Source: Escherichia phage BF17
Sequence record: MW822008.1
Strand: one strand, 5' to 3'
DNA length: 64,000 nucleotides
A program made the position numbers and the translations under genes. The notes beneath the pieces are model-generated. The model made no database searches, was not told the origin of the DNA, and saw only the letters and a list, made by a program, of their open reading frames with translations. The first letter of the stretch is position 1, and each line of letters begins with the position of its first letter. Shown here one piece after another: positions 9,571-19,132 of this stretch.

Positions 9571-10201
9571 CAGTGCATATGTAATCGGTATTATTATTTC
9601 TGGTATGCTTGCATATAACTATAACCGAAGTGTTCTAGGTTATGTAGTACTTGGTACAGTACTAAGTCCAGTGATTGCCATTGGTCTTCTTGTTATGCTA
9701 GGTGAGAAAAATACAAGCTTCTTTATTACTAAAGAACTTGATAAAATCACTCCAGCACCAGAAACAGTTATTCCAGAAGTTAAAGAAGAAGTTAAAGAAG
9801 AAGTTAAAGAAGAAGTTAAAGAAGTTGAAGTTCAAATGCAAGTTAAAGTGTATAATACACTTGAAGAAACTGATCCTAAAGTTGTAGTGAATGTAGTTCC
9901 AGTCGTTGAAGATGTGAAACCAAAAGCTCCTAAAGTACAGAAAAATACTAAAACTGCAAAGAAAGCTCGTTACACTAAAGGTAAGAACAAAGGTAAATCT
10001 AAGGATGAACCACAACTAGGTGTTCATGACCATACTGCACAAATTGCAACGGCAGCGACCGCAGCAGCAATCGTAACATCACCAATCTACAACAATGATG
10101 ATTACAGTGATTATAGCCGTCACAGCAGTTCTTCCTCTGATTCTTGTTCCTATGATAGCTCTAGTTCTGATTCAAGTTCATCGTCTGGAAGTTGTGATTA
10201 A
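9548..10201 (+). CDS. membrane protein with EVKE repeats and Ser-rich C-terminus
   Basis: 217 aa; two N-terminal hydrophobic helices; (EEVK)x4 from 12-bp tandem repeat; C-terminal SSSSDSxS tract. Confidence 0.55.
   Translation: MLTPIILSSAYVIGIIISGMLAYNYNRSVLGYVVLGTVLSPVIAIGLLVMLGEKNTSFFITKELDKITPAPETVIPEVKEEVKEEVKEEVKEVEVQMQVKVYNTLEETDPKVVVNVVPVVEDVKPKAPKVQKNTKTAKKARYTKGKNKGKSKDEPQLGVHDHTAQIATAATAAAIVTSPIYNNDDYSDYSRHSSSSSDSCSYDSSSSDSSSSSGSCD
9779..9824 (+). repeat. 12-bp tandem repeat (GTTAAAGAAGAA) about 4 copies, in-frame
   Basis: Direct reading of sequence; encodes VKEE repeats. Confidence 0.8.
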
Positions 10202-10530
10202 TGTCAATGAAACCACTAATTCAACATAATATTTTTTATAGGTCATTATTCAAAATTCAAGATGATTTTTATCAGACGTTGAGTAATGATCTTATAGGTA
10301 AAACTGTACGATATTCGGAACAATACATCAAACGTATGACAAGTGAGTATATTGACCCTGAATACGAATACGACATTGAACACATTAATCCCAATACTAG
10401 AATGAAAATCATTGAGATATTTAAGAATGGGAGAACTATAGGTGCTGAAATTGAGTACTTGAATTGTGATTGTTACATAGATACCGAGTTAAGTTTGGAT
10501 TATCTTGTTTTAGTGGATGATGAGGAATAA
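10201..10530 (+). CDS. small hypothetical protein (paralog family)
   Basis: 109-aa ORF; motif NDLIGKTVRYSEQY; TAATG overlap. Confidence 0.5.
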   Translation: MSMKPLIQHNIFYRSLFKIQDDFYQTLSNDLIGKTVRYSEQYIKRMTSEYIDPEYEYDIEHINPNTRMKIIEIFKNGRTIGAEIEYLNCDCYIDTELSLDYLVLVDDEE

Positions 10531-10532
10531 TT

Positions 10533-10748
10533 ATGATAACATTTTTTGCAATATATGGTTTTGTAGCATTTGTTACATTTATAACCAACTTTCTAGTACT
10601 TAATTGGGGTTGTTTTAAAGATGAAATCATGATTATCATGAATCTCCAAACAGCAGCACTGATGGCTATTATTTGGCCTGTAACATTAGTATATATTTTT
10701 ATTTCACTTACCCAAGATATTATTAACAAATATAAGAGAAAGAAATAA
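10533..10748 (+). CDS. small membrane protein
   Basis: 71 aa, two hydrophobic helices, KRKK C-terminus. Confidence 0.5.
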   Translation: MITFFAIYGFVAFVTFITNFLVLNWGCFKDEIMIIMNLQTAALMAIIWPVTLVYIFISLTQDIINKYKRKK

Positions 10749-10999
10749 TGTTCAACACTGACTTATCACATTTGCGATATCTTATGTCTTTGGCTGATGA
10801 TTTTATAAATGATCTGAAGCCAAAATATATTGGTCAAGAAGTACGATTAATAAACTCCAGAGGGTATGGAAAGTATATTATTACTGATATGTATATTAGT
10901 GGTGGTGAATGGCGTTTTAAAATTAATACTTATCTTAAAGATGGTTCTTTTGCTGGAACACAAGTTACTAAACACACTAATATTATATGGTTGGAGTAA
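10748..10999 (+). CDS. small hypothetical protein (paralog family)
   Basis: 83-aa ORF; motif KPKYIGQEVRLI. Confidence 0.5.
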   Translation: MFNTDLSHLRYLMSLADDFINDLKPKYIGQEVRLINSRGYGKYIITDMYISGGEWRFKINTYLKDGSFAGTQVTKHTNIIWLE

Positions 11000-11001
11000 T
11001 A

Positions 11002-11745
11002 ATGAAACACTTCTTAGAAGTAACTGTACCTGATGATAAAGATTTATACATTGTAGGTGATTTGCATGGTAATGGTAAACTATGGGATGCTACAGTGAAA
11101 GAATTTGGTATTACACACAATGATTATGTTTTCAGTGTAGGTGATATTATCGACCGTGGAGAACAAAATTCAAAGCTCCTTTTTGAATTTTTGTTCGGAG
11201 AAAATCGTTACATGATTGCGGGTAATCATGAGATGATGTGCGTTGATTCGGAAACACTTCGAGATTGGTATCATTGTTGGATAAGTAATGGTGGTGATAA
11301 ATTCCTTGATGAAGTTGGAGGAACAGGCATTCAATTCTTTCGTCAGTACTTAAAGGATCTCCCTATGATTATCCAAATCAATCACCGAGGATTGAAGATT
11401 GGGTTAGTTCATGCTGGAGTTCCGTTGGAATATACAACATGGGAACGATTTGTTAATGGGACAAAATCACTTAGTGCTGATATAATTGATAAGTGCTTGT
11501 GGGATAGAAAAACATTCGATTATTGTAGAACTAATAATACATATTATGCACCTAAGTTAGATGGAGTGCATTGTGTCTTTAGTGGACATACAGCAGTTAC
11601 AGACCCACTCATTTACGGTAATCGCATTTGGATTGATAGTCAGTTCTTGACGGGTGACTTAACTCTCGCTACTCCACAAAGTGGTGGGATGAGATACTTA
11701 CGTAAAGAAAAAGATGAGTACTCATTCAATCGTTTCAAAAGGTAA
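11002..11745 (+). CDS. Ser/Thr protein phosphatase (PPP-family metallophosphatase)
   Basis: GDLHGN, GDIIDRG, GNHE motifs of calcineurin-like phosphatases. Confidence 0.75.
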   Translation: MKHFLEVTVPDDKDLYIVGDLHGNGKLWDATVKEFGITHNDYVFSVGDIIDRGEQNSKLLFEFLFGENRYMIAGNHEMMCVDSETLRDWYHCWISNGGDKFLDEVGGTGIQFFRQYLKDLPMIIQINHRGLKIGLVHAGVPLEYTTWERFVNGTKSLSADIIDKCLWDRKTFDYCRTNNTYYAPKLDGVHCVFSGHTAVTDPLIYGNRIWIDSQFLTGDLTLATPQSGGMRYLRKEKDEYSFNRFKR

Positions 11746-11750
11746 TAATT

Positions 11751-12020
11751 ATGCATGATGTAGTTAAAAAATATTTGAATGATAGATATATTATGAAAAA
11801 ATCTATTAATTCTATCCTAAAAGACCATGCAAATCAAATACGTGAGATTCTATCAAATAAACTTATTGGTTGTTCAGTTGAGTTCAACTACAAAAAGAAT
11901 GTCGTGAAGGTTGGAGTTATTAAACGTGTAGTTGCTGTTTATGACCAAGATGTATATGTTGAAATAGAATATGATGGTAAATTATCACAATTAAGTACTG
12001 AAGATTTAACATTTTTATAA
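11751..12020 (+). CDS. small hypothetical protein (paralog family)
   Basis: 89-aa ORF; motif NKLIGCSVEFNY. Confidence 0.5.
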   Translation: MHDVVKKYLNDRYIMKKSINSILKDHANQIREILSNKLIGCSVEFNYKKNVVKVGVIKRVVAVYDQDVYVEIEYDGKLSQLSTEDLTFL

Positions 12021-12030
12021 GGAAATAGAA

Positions 12031-12258
12031 ATGAAAGTAATTCAAGTTATGGTAGAAAAATACCAAACTGAAGATGGTCGTATTTTTGATTCAGCTAAAC
12101 AAGCTGAACACCATGAACGTATTATTTCTGGTGCACGTAAAGTATGTCCTACATGTAATGGAACACAACAAGTACCGTCAGAAGATTACCGCAGCTTTTA
12201 TGCTTGTCCACACTGTGATGGGAAAGGCTACGTAGAAAAACAAGAGGTATGGAAATGA
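12031..12258 (+). CDS. small zinc-ribbon protein
   Basis: 75 aa; CPTC ... CPHC. Confidence 0.5.
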   Translation: MKVIQVMVEKYQTEDGRIFDSAKQAEHHERIISGARKVCPTCNGTQQVPSEDYRSFYACPHCDGKGYVEKQEVWK

Positions 12259-12668
12259 AATTGTATTGCTTAACTAATATGTACTGCCAAGGTGTCCAAG
12301 CTGGTATTCAAGCATTCCATGCTGGTGTTAAACTAATTAAAGAATATGAAGGTACTGCTTTCAGTACTATTATTGATGAATGGTACTATGAACACGAAAC
12401 TATTGTAGTACTAAATGCTGGTGGACATGATAAGTTAAATTCTTATTATAACAACCTTAGCAAACAGGGAAAAGTTCCGTTTGCCAAATTCAATGAAGCT
12501 GGATTGAATGATGCTATTACCTGTGTAGCAGTACTGTGTACGTCTGAAATGATTGAAGACATGGCTGTTATGCGTATGAATCTTCCTGCTGGTGATCAAC
12601 TAATGCAAGTAAAATATGGTGCATTGTTTGACACATTAAAAGCAATCAGCACAATGAGGACAATTTGA
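12249..12668 (+). CDS. hypothetical protein
   Basis: 139-aa ORF overlapping neighbours by a few nt. Confidence 0.5.
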   Translation: MEMKLYCLTNMYCQGVQAGIQAFHAGVKLIKEYEGTAFSTIIDEWYYEHETIVVLNAGGHDKLNSYYNNLSKQGKVPFAKFNEAGLNDAITCVAVLCTSEMIEDMAVMRMNLPAGDQLMQVKYGALFDTLKAISTMRTI

Positions 12669-13867
12669 TGGATTTTCCAGAGAAGTTATTTGTTGCACGT
12701 TCCTATGTAAACCACAACCAAGTTGATGGTTTTATTATCGATGCAACAAAATCACATACAAAAGCGTTTGAAACAAAGAAAGAGAGAGCAGAGTACTGGG
12801 CAAAGAAGAACAATCTTCCATCGTTATATATTGACAACGTTCCAACTACGGGATTTTGTGTAGTTGATAAATTAACAACTCATGCACGAGAAACATATTT
12901 CACGATCCGTCACCCAGAAGGATTTGAATTTATGATTAGTGCAAAAAACATGAATGATTTAATTATCAATAACGATATAATCAAAGGTGTTTTTGTAGAC
13001 CCAATGTTTTTCAACAATAACTTAGAATTAATTAATGGTAAAACAAAAACGTTTGCTAAGTTAGTTGAAAAAGAAAATAAAAAAGAACAACAAAAAGAAA
13101 CTGTAGCAGGTCTTAAAGTTGGTGATGGTTTCACTTATCTTAAAGAAGATTACTATTACTGCGGTAAAGTACATGCAATTTGTATAAAGAAAACTAAAGA
13201 ATTTGCATATCCCGACAAAAGTTCAGTTTATCATTTACTTTTTAACAGTACTCGTGGAACTTATGCATTGAATCAACGTTTGGATAATTACAATCTTGAA
13301 CCTCGTGCACTCTTGAATAAGAAGACTACGGCAGATGAAGAAATTAAACTTGCTAATGAATTTTGGCAAAGCTATAGAACAAACAGACATAACCCATTAG
13401 GTGAATCTAACATTCCAGTACTGGTACACAATAAATCATTTAAAGCAAAAGACCTTAAAATTAAATACGAAGAAATAAATGTTGATGATCTTATGAATAA
13501 TGGACGTTTCAACGAGAACGTACCATTTATGACTAAAGATAATGAACAAACATATCGCGTATTTTTTGGTGTAAGTAATAATACAACGCGTAGTTATTAT
13601 GGGCGTAGTGGAGATTATAATATCCATTATAATGATAAATTTGAACGCTTTAGTGCATATCCAGTTCAAATTGATGATAATGGGATTATGGTAATGGATG
13701 TTGATATTAATGAACACTCATCATTTAGTACATGGAATGGCTATCGTTCCCCATTCTTCCCACCAAATGAACGCAAAACATCAAGCACTCGTTACTACCA
13801 AGACAAACCATGTCACGTTCAACTATCAATTAGTAATCCACTTTATATTGGAAAGTATTATCTATAA
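12665..13867 (+). CDS. hypothetical protein (400 aa)
   Basis: long ORF, ATGA overlap; no motif recognised. Confidence 0.55.
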   Translation: MMDFPEKLFVARSYVNHNQVDGFIIDATKSHTKAFETKKERAEYWAKKNNLPSLYIDNVPTTGFCVVDKLTTHARETYFTIRHPEGFEFMISAKNMNDLIINNDIIKGVFVDPMFFNNNLELINGKTKTFAKLVEKENKKEQQKETVAGLKVGDGFTYLKEDYYYCGKVHAICIKKTKEFAYPDKSSVYHLLFNSTRGTYALNQRLDNYNLEPRALLNKKTTADEEIKLANEFWQSYRTNRHNPLGESNIPVLVHNKSFKAKDLKIKYEEINVDDLMNNGRFNENVPFMTKDNEQTYRVFFGVSNNTTRSYYGRSGDYNIHYNDKFERFSAYPVQIDDNGIMVMDVDINEHSSFSTWNGYRSPFFPPNERKTSSTRYYQDKPCHVQLSISNPLYIGKYYL

Positions 13868-13878
13868 AGGAATATACA

Positions 13879-15297
13879 ATGAGCATTTTAGCAATTCTTG
13901 AAAGCATTAAAAATACTAGCAGTACTCTGGGCAAAAAGGCTATTCTTGAACAAAATAAAGATAATGTAACTTTACAAAAAGTACTGAAATATACTCTAGA
14001 CCCTTCTATCGTTAGTGGCTATAAGAAGCTCCCTGCCGCTGATGACGTATATCAACATATGACGTTAGATGAAGCAATTGATAAGCTAGAATGCATTTAC
14101 AAGCGTGATGTGACAGGAAATGCGGGGCGTGATTTCATTGCTTCAGTACTGGGTTCTGTATCTGAAGATGATCAGGAAGTTCTACGTAGAATGCTCACTA
14201 AGAACCTTGATTGTGGTATTCAGGAGAAGAACTGCAATGATGTGTTTGGTAAAGGATTCATCAAAGACGAACCATATATGCGTTGTTCTTTGATTGACAA
14301 AAAGACTGCAAAGAACATCAACTTCAAAGATTATGGTTACGCTATATCAGAAGTGAAAATGGATGGTCAGTACTTAAACCACGTTGTCATTAATGGTTCA
14401 TTAACTTCTACATCCCGTAATGGTAAACTATACGACTTCCTGGGTTGTCGTGATGGTGAGATGGCAGGTCTTGCTCACATCATCCAAAGTAAAGATGAAC
14501 GTTTTAGTAGTGGTGTAGTCTTTATGGGGGAAGGTGTAGTACTGGACAATGATGGAGAAACCATTCTCCCACGCACTACTGGCAACGGTATAATTCAGAA
14601 AGCTGGTAAAGATAGCATCAGTCAGAATGAAGCAATGCGTACTGTATTCGTTCTATGGGATGTTGTTCCATATGATGCATTTTGTGAAGGTGTATGGGAT
14701 GTAAAACGTAAAGAACGTCGCGAGATCTTAGTAGATGCAATTAACGAACTCAATAGTGATTTTGTTCGTATGGTTGGATTCCGTAAAGTTCTAAACATCA
14801 AAGAAGCATTTGAGTACAATAGTGAACTAATGAACGAAGGTGAAGAGGGTTCAGTACTGAAATGTGAAGATGGTATCTGGAAATCTCATACTTCACCTAA
14901 GCAGTTGAAAATGAAATTGAAAATGCAACTGGACTTACGTATTGTTGGTTTCAATGAAGGTGAAGGTAAACGTAAAGGAAGCCTAGGTTCTTTACAACTG
15001 GAAAGTGCTTGTGGTTCATTGAAAGTTAATGTGGGTACTGGTATCAAAGAGAAAGATGCTGAATGGACATTTAAAACCATTTGGGAAAGAATGCAAGAAC
15101 TTATTGGTAAAGTGGTTACAGTTGAGTGTAATGACATTGTATTCGACAAGCGTACTGGTGAGCCATCACTGTTCTTACCAGTGTTTATTGAATTTAGATT
15201 TGACAAAAACACTTGTGATGATTATACTCGTATCTTAGAAATTCGTGAGAGTGCTGTTGAAGTGTTCTCAAACAGTATTATTGACGCATTAGGTTAA
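13879..15297 (+). CDS. ATP-dependent DNA ligase (T4 gp30-like)
   Basis: 472 aa; N-terminus (ILxxL, KAILEQNKDN) and adenylation-lysine region (KMDGQ) align with T4 DNA ligase. Confidence 0.9.
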   Translation: MSILAILESIKNTSSTLGKKAILEQNKDNVTLQKVLKYTLDPSIVSGYKKLPAADDVYQHMTLDEAIDKLECIYKRDVTGNAGRDFIASVLGSVSEDDQEVLRRMLTKNLDCGIQEKNCNDVFGKGFIKDEPYMRCSLIDKKTAKNINFKDYGYAISEVKMDGQYLNHVVINGSLTSTSRNGKLYDFLGCRDGEMAGLAHIIQSKDERFSSGVVFMGEGVVLDNDGETILPRTTGNGIIQKAGKDSISQNEAMRTVFVLWDVVPYDAFCEGVWDVKRKERREILVDAINELNSDFVRMVGFRKVLNIKEAFEYNSELMNEGEEGSVLKCEDGIWKSHTSPKQLKMKLKMQLDLRIVGFNEGEGKRKGSLGSLQLESACGSLKVNVGTGIKEKDAEWTFKTIWERMQELIGKVVTVECNDIVFDKRTGEPSLFLPVFIEFRFDKNTCDDYTRILEIRESAVEVFSNSIIDALG

Positions 15298-15316
15298 CCA
15301 TTTATTGGAGGTGATT

Positions 15317-16108
15317 ATGAAATTTGTTGTAACATCTGATGTACACGGTGGGACTGATTACCTCCATAGTGGTGATTACAGTGATACAGTACTGATTATT
15401 GCTGGGGACTTCGATGAAGTTAAACGCAGTCGTTACCGTACTGGTATAGAATCACTATGTAAGCAGTTTAAGAATGTAGTACTGGTTCCAGGCAATCATG
15501 AATATTATGGTTCCAATATCCACAAAACGCATAAAGTACTGTCCGATATGCAAGATGAGATTCCAAATTTCATCTTTTTGCAAAACAAATTTGTATGGCT
15601 GGACGGAGTACTGCTTGTTGGTAGTACTCTGTGGACAGACTTCGATAAAGGTAATTCTTTGACGAAGTTTGATGCTCGTCTGAAGATGAACGATTACAAA
15701 CATATCCGTCATGGAACAACATCAGAGCCTTGGCGTAAGAAACTGACACCAGATGATACTGAGTTTATGCATCACAAAGATAAACAATTTATCAAAAATT
15801 CTATTGACACAGTTCGCTTTATGCATGATAATGATTTCAAGGTCATCGTGGTTACCCATCACGCACCAAGTTATCAAAGTGTTTCACCAAAATATAAAAA
15901 TGATTCACTGAATGGTTGTTACTGTTCCGATATGGATCAGTACATTGAAGATTTGGGTGCTGATGTTTGGATTCATGGTCATGTTCATAGTAGTTTTGAC
16001 TACCACATTGGTAAGACACGTATCATTTGTAATCCACGAGGCTATGAATCATACAGTGGAGCTTGTGAGAATTTTGATTACAATCCTAAATTTGTATTTG
16101 AAATTTAA
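15317..16108 (+). CDS. calcineurin-like metallophosphoesterase
   Basis: SDVHGG, GNHEYYG, VTHHAP, GHVHSS motifs; ATG after GGAGGTGA. Confidence 0.7.
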   Translation: MKFVVTSDVHGGTDYLHSGDYSDTVLIIAGDFDEVKRSRYRTGIESLCKQFKNVVLVPGNHEYYGSNIHKTHKVLSDMQDEIPNFIFLQNKFVWLDGVLLVGSTLWTDFDKGNSLTKFDARLKMNDYKHIRHGTTSEPWRKKLTPDDTEFMHHKDKQFIKNSIDTVRFMHDNDFKVIVVTHHAPSYQSVSPKYKNDSLNGCYCSDMDQYIEDLGADVWIHGHVHSSFDYHIGKTRIICNPRGYESYSGACENFDYNPKFVFEI

Positions 16109-16120
16109 TGAGAGGATATT

Positions 16121-16504
16121 GTGTCATTAATTTATTTTGAACTGCCAGAATATACCAATTATCCAAGCCGAGTTATTTGCTCAGTTTATAGTAATGCATA
16201 TCATCACTTGTTAGTGAATAGTAATAAAGCTGTGCATTATTATCGAAATAAAGAACCACGTACATTAAAGAATCGTTATGGGTTTGACCCAACTAACACT
16301 GAAGTTGAACTCTGTGATCTGTTCGGGGAAGTAATGGTGGTATTGAAACGAGATATTCATCTTTTCCATACATACAAACTTAATCAGTACTTTATGGAAA
16401 CACTGTCTATACGTTCCCATGCTCCGATGATTAAAGTTGATTTGAATTATGTTGATGATAAATTGAAATATGATTTCATTAATTCACTTGTTTATTTGGA
16501 GTAA
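16121..16504 (+). CDS. hypothetical protein (GTG start)
   Basis: 127-aa ORF. Confidence 0.45.
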   Translation: MSLIYFELPEYTNYPSRVICSVYSNAYHHLLVNSNKAVHYYRNKEPRTLKNRYGFDPTNTEVELCDLFGEVMVVLKRDIHLFHTYKLNQYFMETLSIRSHAPMIKVDLNYVDDKLKYDFINSLVYLE

Positions 16505-16505
16505 T

Positions 16506-16910
16506 ATGAATATACGTTCAGTACGAATATTTTCATTTGTTGATATGAATAAAAAACACTCTTATGTGTTTGAAAATGTCAATAAGTTAAATCCTCATAC
16601 GGCAAAAATGATTGAAACCATGAAGAACTTGAGTTTACATATAGAAGTTTACTATCTTCATGACGATTCTGTTTATGTATATGATGATGGATGGTATGAC
16701 GGTGTGTTTTATGATGACATTAGCACTACTGCTGATTACTACTTTCTAGTGAGTAATCCACTATTCAGTACTAAAACTTTGTTTGACATTACCGATACAA
16801 GCGTGTATGATACAAGTCATGTTGAGTTACTTAAGTTTGATCCAGTATTATTCAACAAAGAGACGGCGTATTGGATGACTGATTTCTTTTCAAATATTCC
16901 AGTAAAATAG
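16506..16910 (+). CDS. hypothetical protein
   Basis: ORF 16470..16910 trimmed to ATG after GGAG. Confidence 0.5.
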   Translation: MNIRSVRIFSFVDMNKKHSYVFENVNKLNPHTAKMIETMKNLSLHIEVYYLHDDSVYVYDDGWYDGVFYDDISTTADYYFLVSNPLFSTKTLFDITDTSVYDTSHVELLKFDPVLFNKETAYWMTDFFSNIPVK

Positions 16911-16911
16911 T

Positions 16912-16940
16912 TTGGACATTTTAAATCTTAGTGATATAAT
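16912..16940 (+). promoter_or_regulatory. sigma70-type early promoter
   Basis: TTGGAC - 17 nt - TGATATAAT upstream of clpP-like gene. Confidence 0.55.
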
Positions 16941-16974
16941 ACTCACAACAACGAAATAATAGAGGAAATTAATA

Positions 16975-17670
16975 ATGGTTGAACAATTCATGTTTGGTGG
17001 TTATGCTAATGGCGAAGTACGTAACATTTCTATTCCTTACGTAGTTGAGAAAGTTAATGGTTCAGAACGTACATATGATCTAGCATCTCGTATGATGCAA
17101 GACCGTATCATTTTCCTTGATACTGATTTCAATGATCAAATGGCACATATCATCAAACAACAATTGGTATGGTTAGACTCACAAGGTGATTCCCCTATTA
17201 CATTCTACATTAGTTCACCGGGTGGTTCAGTACACGCAGGTTTGGGTATTGCAGATGTTGCTAAGTCTTGTATTTCGCCAATTCGCACTGTAGTAATGGG
17301 CTATGCAGCATCAATGGGTTGCTATACACAATCTGTTATTGGGACTAAAGGTTTCCGTTTAGGTGGTAAACGCTCATACTTCATGTGTCACCAAGTAAGT
17401 TCTGGTACACAAGGTCTAATTACAGACCAGAAGATTTCCCTACAACATTCTGATGCACTGAATACATTGTTGACCAAAGAAATTGCAGAAGCTGTAGGTG
17501 TATCACATGAACAATTACTAAAAGATGCTGACCGCGATTTGTGGTTAAATGCAGAAGAAGCACTTGAATATGGTGAACATGGTTTCATTGATGGTATTAT
17601 TCTTGGTCCACGTAACGAAGAAGGCAAGTACTTAGTTAAGCGTCGCGGTGGTGTAGAAGAGTGGGTGTAA
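16975..17670 (+). CDS. clpP: ClpP-family serine peptidase
   Basis: 231 aa; RIIFL, SSPGG, GYAASMG (Ser), MCHQ (His), RD..L.A.EA.EYG align along the whole length with bacterial ClpP. Confidence 0.8.
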   Translation: MVEQFMFGGYANGEVRNISIPYVVEKVNGSERTYDLASRMMQDRIIFLDTDFNDQMAHIIKQQLVWLDSQGDSPITFYISSPGGSVHAGLGIADVAKSCISPIRTVVMGYAASMGCYTQSVIGTKGFRLGGKRSYFMCHQVSSGTQGLITDQKISLQHSDALNTLLTKEIAEAVGVSHEQLLKDADRDLWLNAEEALEYGEHGFIDGIILGPRNEEGKYLVKRRGGVEEWV

Positions 17671-17718
17671 GATAGATTTTGATGCCTCAATATGGGGCAT
17701 CATCTTTGTGGAGATTAT

Positions 17719-18009
17719 ATGAAAGTACTAGTACGTAATAATACGGAAGTAGCAAATGTATTAGAAGATTCCGATTTTATTAATGTTGCGTTCGATCAAA
17801 TTAGTGCAGTAGCACTTGAATTAAAAAATGTAGATGAATCTGAGCGTGTGCTGAATGGTTTTGCAATTGTACTTGAATTAATGAATGAAGTACTAATTAA
17901 AAAGAACATTAATCCAGTTGATGCGGTTCAACATGCAGAAGCTGTGCGTAAAGAACACGGTACATTCTCTGACAAAAAATACATTCAAACTGATGAGGTA
18001 AAAGAATAA
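17719..18009 (+). CDS. hypothetical protein
   Basis: ORF 17692..18009 trimmed to ATG after GGAG. Confidence 0.5.
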   Translation: MKVLVRNNTEVANVLEDSDFINVAFDQISAVALELKNVDESERVLNGFAIVLELMNEVLIKKNINPVDAVQHAEAVRKEHGTFSDKKYIQTDEVKE

Positions 18010-18010
18010 T

Positions 18011-18457
18011 ATGTCCAATGCACAATATAAAGATGGTTATGACGCATACAAAGCAAAAGTAGTTCTAAGTGCTGAACAGCTAAAAATGCAGCATCCATTA
18101 TATCGTCAGGGCTATCGTGCAGCACAAGCAGAAGCAATGAAGAAAAATAATGTAACTTTCCCTACTACACTATATGATATTCCAAAACGTCCACACATTT
18201 TTAAAGCTGAATGGACTGATATTATGGCAGCGACAAAGCGTCCACGCTTTGCTAAATTACACACCGATGAAGGTCGCTGGTTGCTAATGGGGATTATGAA
18301 AGCAGTTGAGAATCAATCTCATAAGATTGTTCGTTATAAAGATGTTGTTGCTATGGTTGATAAAGCATTTGACCTTGTACTTCAATATGGTTATGATGAA
18401 GGTGTTCTAACTGTTTCTGATTGTGAAAAATATCAGTACACCCCATATCAAAAATAA
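18011..18457 (+). CDS. hypothetical protein
   Basis: 148-aa ORF followed by terminator. Confidence 0.55.
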   Translation: MSNAQYKDGYDAYKAKVVLSAEQLKMQHPLYRQGYRAAQAEAMKKNNVTFPTTLYDIPKRPHIFKAEWTDIMAATKRPRFAKLHTDEGRWLLMGIMKAVENQSHKIVRYKDVVAMVDKAFDLVLQYGYDEGVLTVSDCEKYQYTPYQK

Positions 18458-18467
18458 TATTGTGAAA

Positions 18468-18497
18468 AGGAATCCTATCATGGGATTCCTATTTTTA
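18468..18497 (+). terminator. rho-independent terminator
   Basis: AGGAATCC/GGATTCCT 8-bp stem, then ATTTTT. Confidence 0.65.
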
Positions 18498-18583
18498 TTG
18501 CTGTATATCAATTTTCCATTGATCATATTTTGATCTATATGAGCTAAATACCCAAGGAATCATTGTTACTAGGGTAGGTGAAT

Positions 18584-19132
18584 ATGCAGCAATATAATTT
18601 AACTGAAGAACAAAGTGATATTTTTTACCATCATATGTTTTTAATTGATGAATTTGCTTTAAAAATTAATTCTGAAGCAATTGATATATTGAAGAAATGG
18701 TATAGTTGTTATAATAAAAACAAAAAGTGGTATTGGTTTAATAGAAATATAAAATCATTTCTAAAAACAATCACATACACTGATAGTATTGAGTTAATAC
18801 ATAGTTCTATTGGATATAGTTACTTAACTAAACACAACAGTACTATGATGTTATCAGGGTTTAAAGTTGAAAGAATTTCCAAGTTAACAGGTTTGTCATT
18901 AGAAACAATTCTATATGATATTGAGAAAATTTGGAAAACTATAGAATTAATGCATAAAAATATGTCATTCATATATAGAAATTATGATATATTCACTGAT
19001 GTACGACAATATCATAATAAACCGTATGTATTGGATGAAAAGTACTATAATCATATGGAAGTTTGTTCTAAACTCGTTGATGATTGGAATCTAGAGGGAC
19101 ATAATGAAATACACACACCTAAGTATAGATGA
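18584..19132 (+). CDS. hypothetical protein (very AT-rich)
   Basis: ORF 18578..19132, ATG at 18584. Confidence 0.5.
   Translation: MQQYNLTEEQSDIFYHHMFLIDEFALKINSEAIDILKKWYSCYNKNKKWYWFNRNIKSFLKTITYTDSIELIHSSIGYSYLTKHNSTMMLSGFKVERISKLTGLSLETILYDIEKIWKTIELMHKNMSFIYRNYDIFTDVRQYHNKPYVLDEKYYNHMEVCSKLVDDWNLEGHNEIHTPKYR

Noticed and set aside
9698-10015. Minus-strand ORF and plus-strand K/L-rich ORF 9702..9887
   Set aside because: Both are low-complexity artefacts created by the 12-bp tandem repeat and surrounding AAG/GAA-rich sequence inside the real + strand gene 9548..10201.
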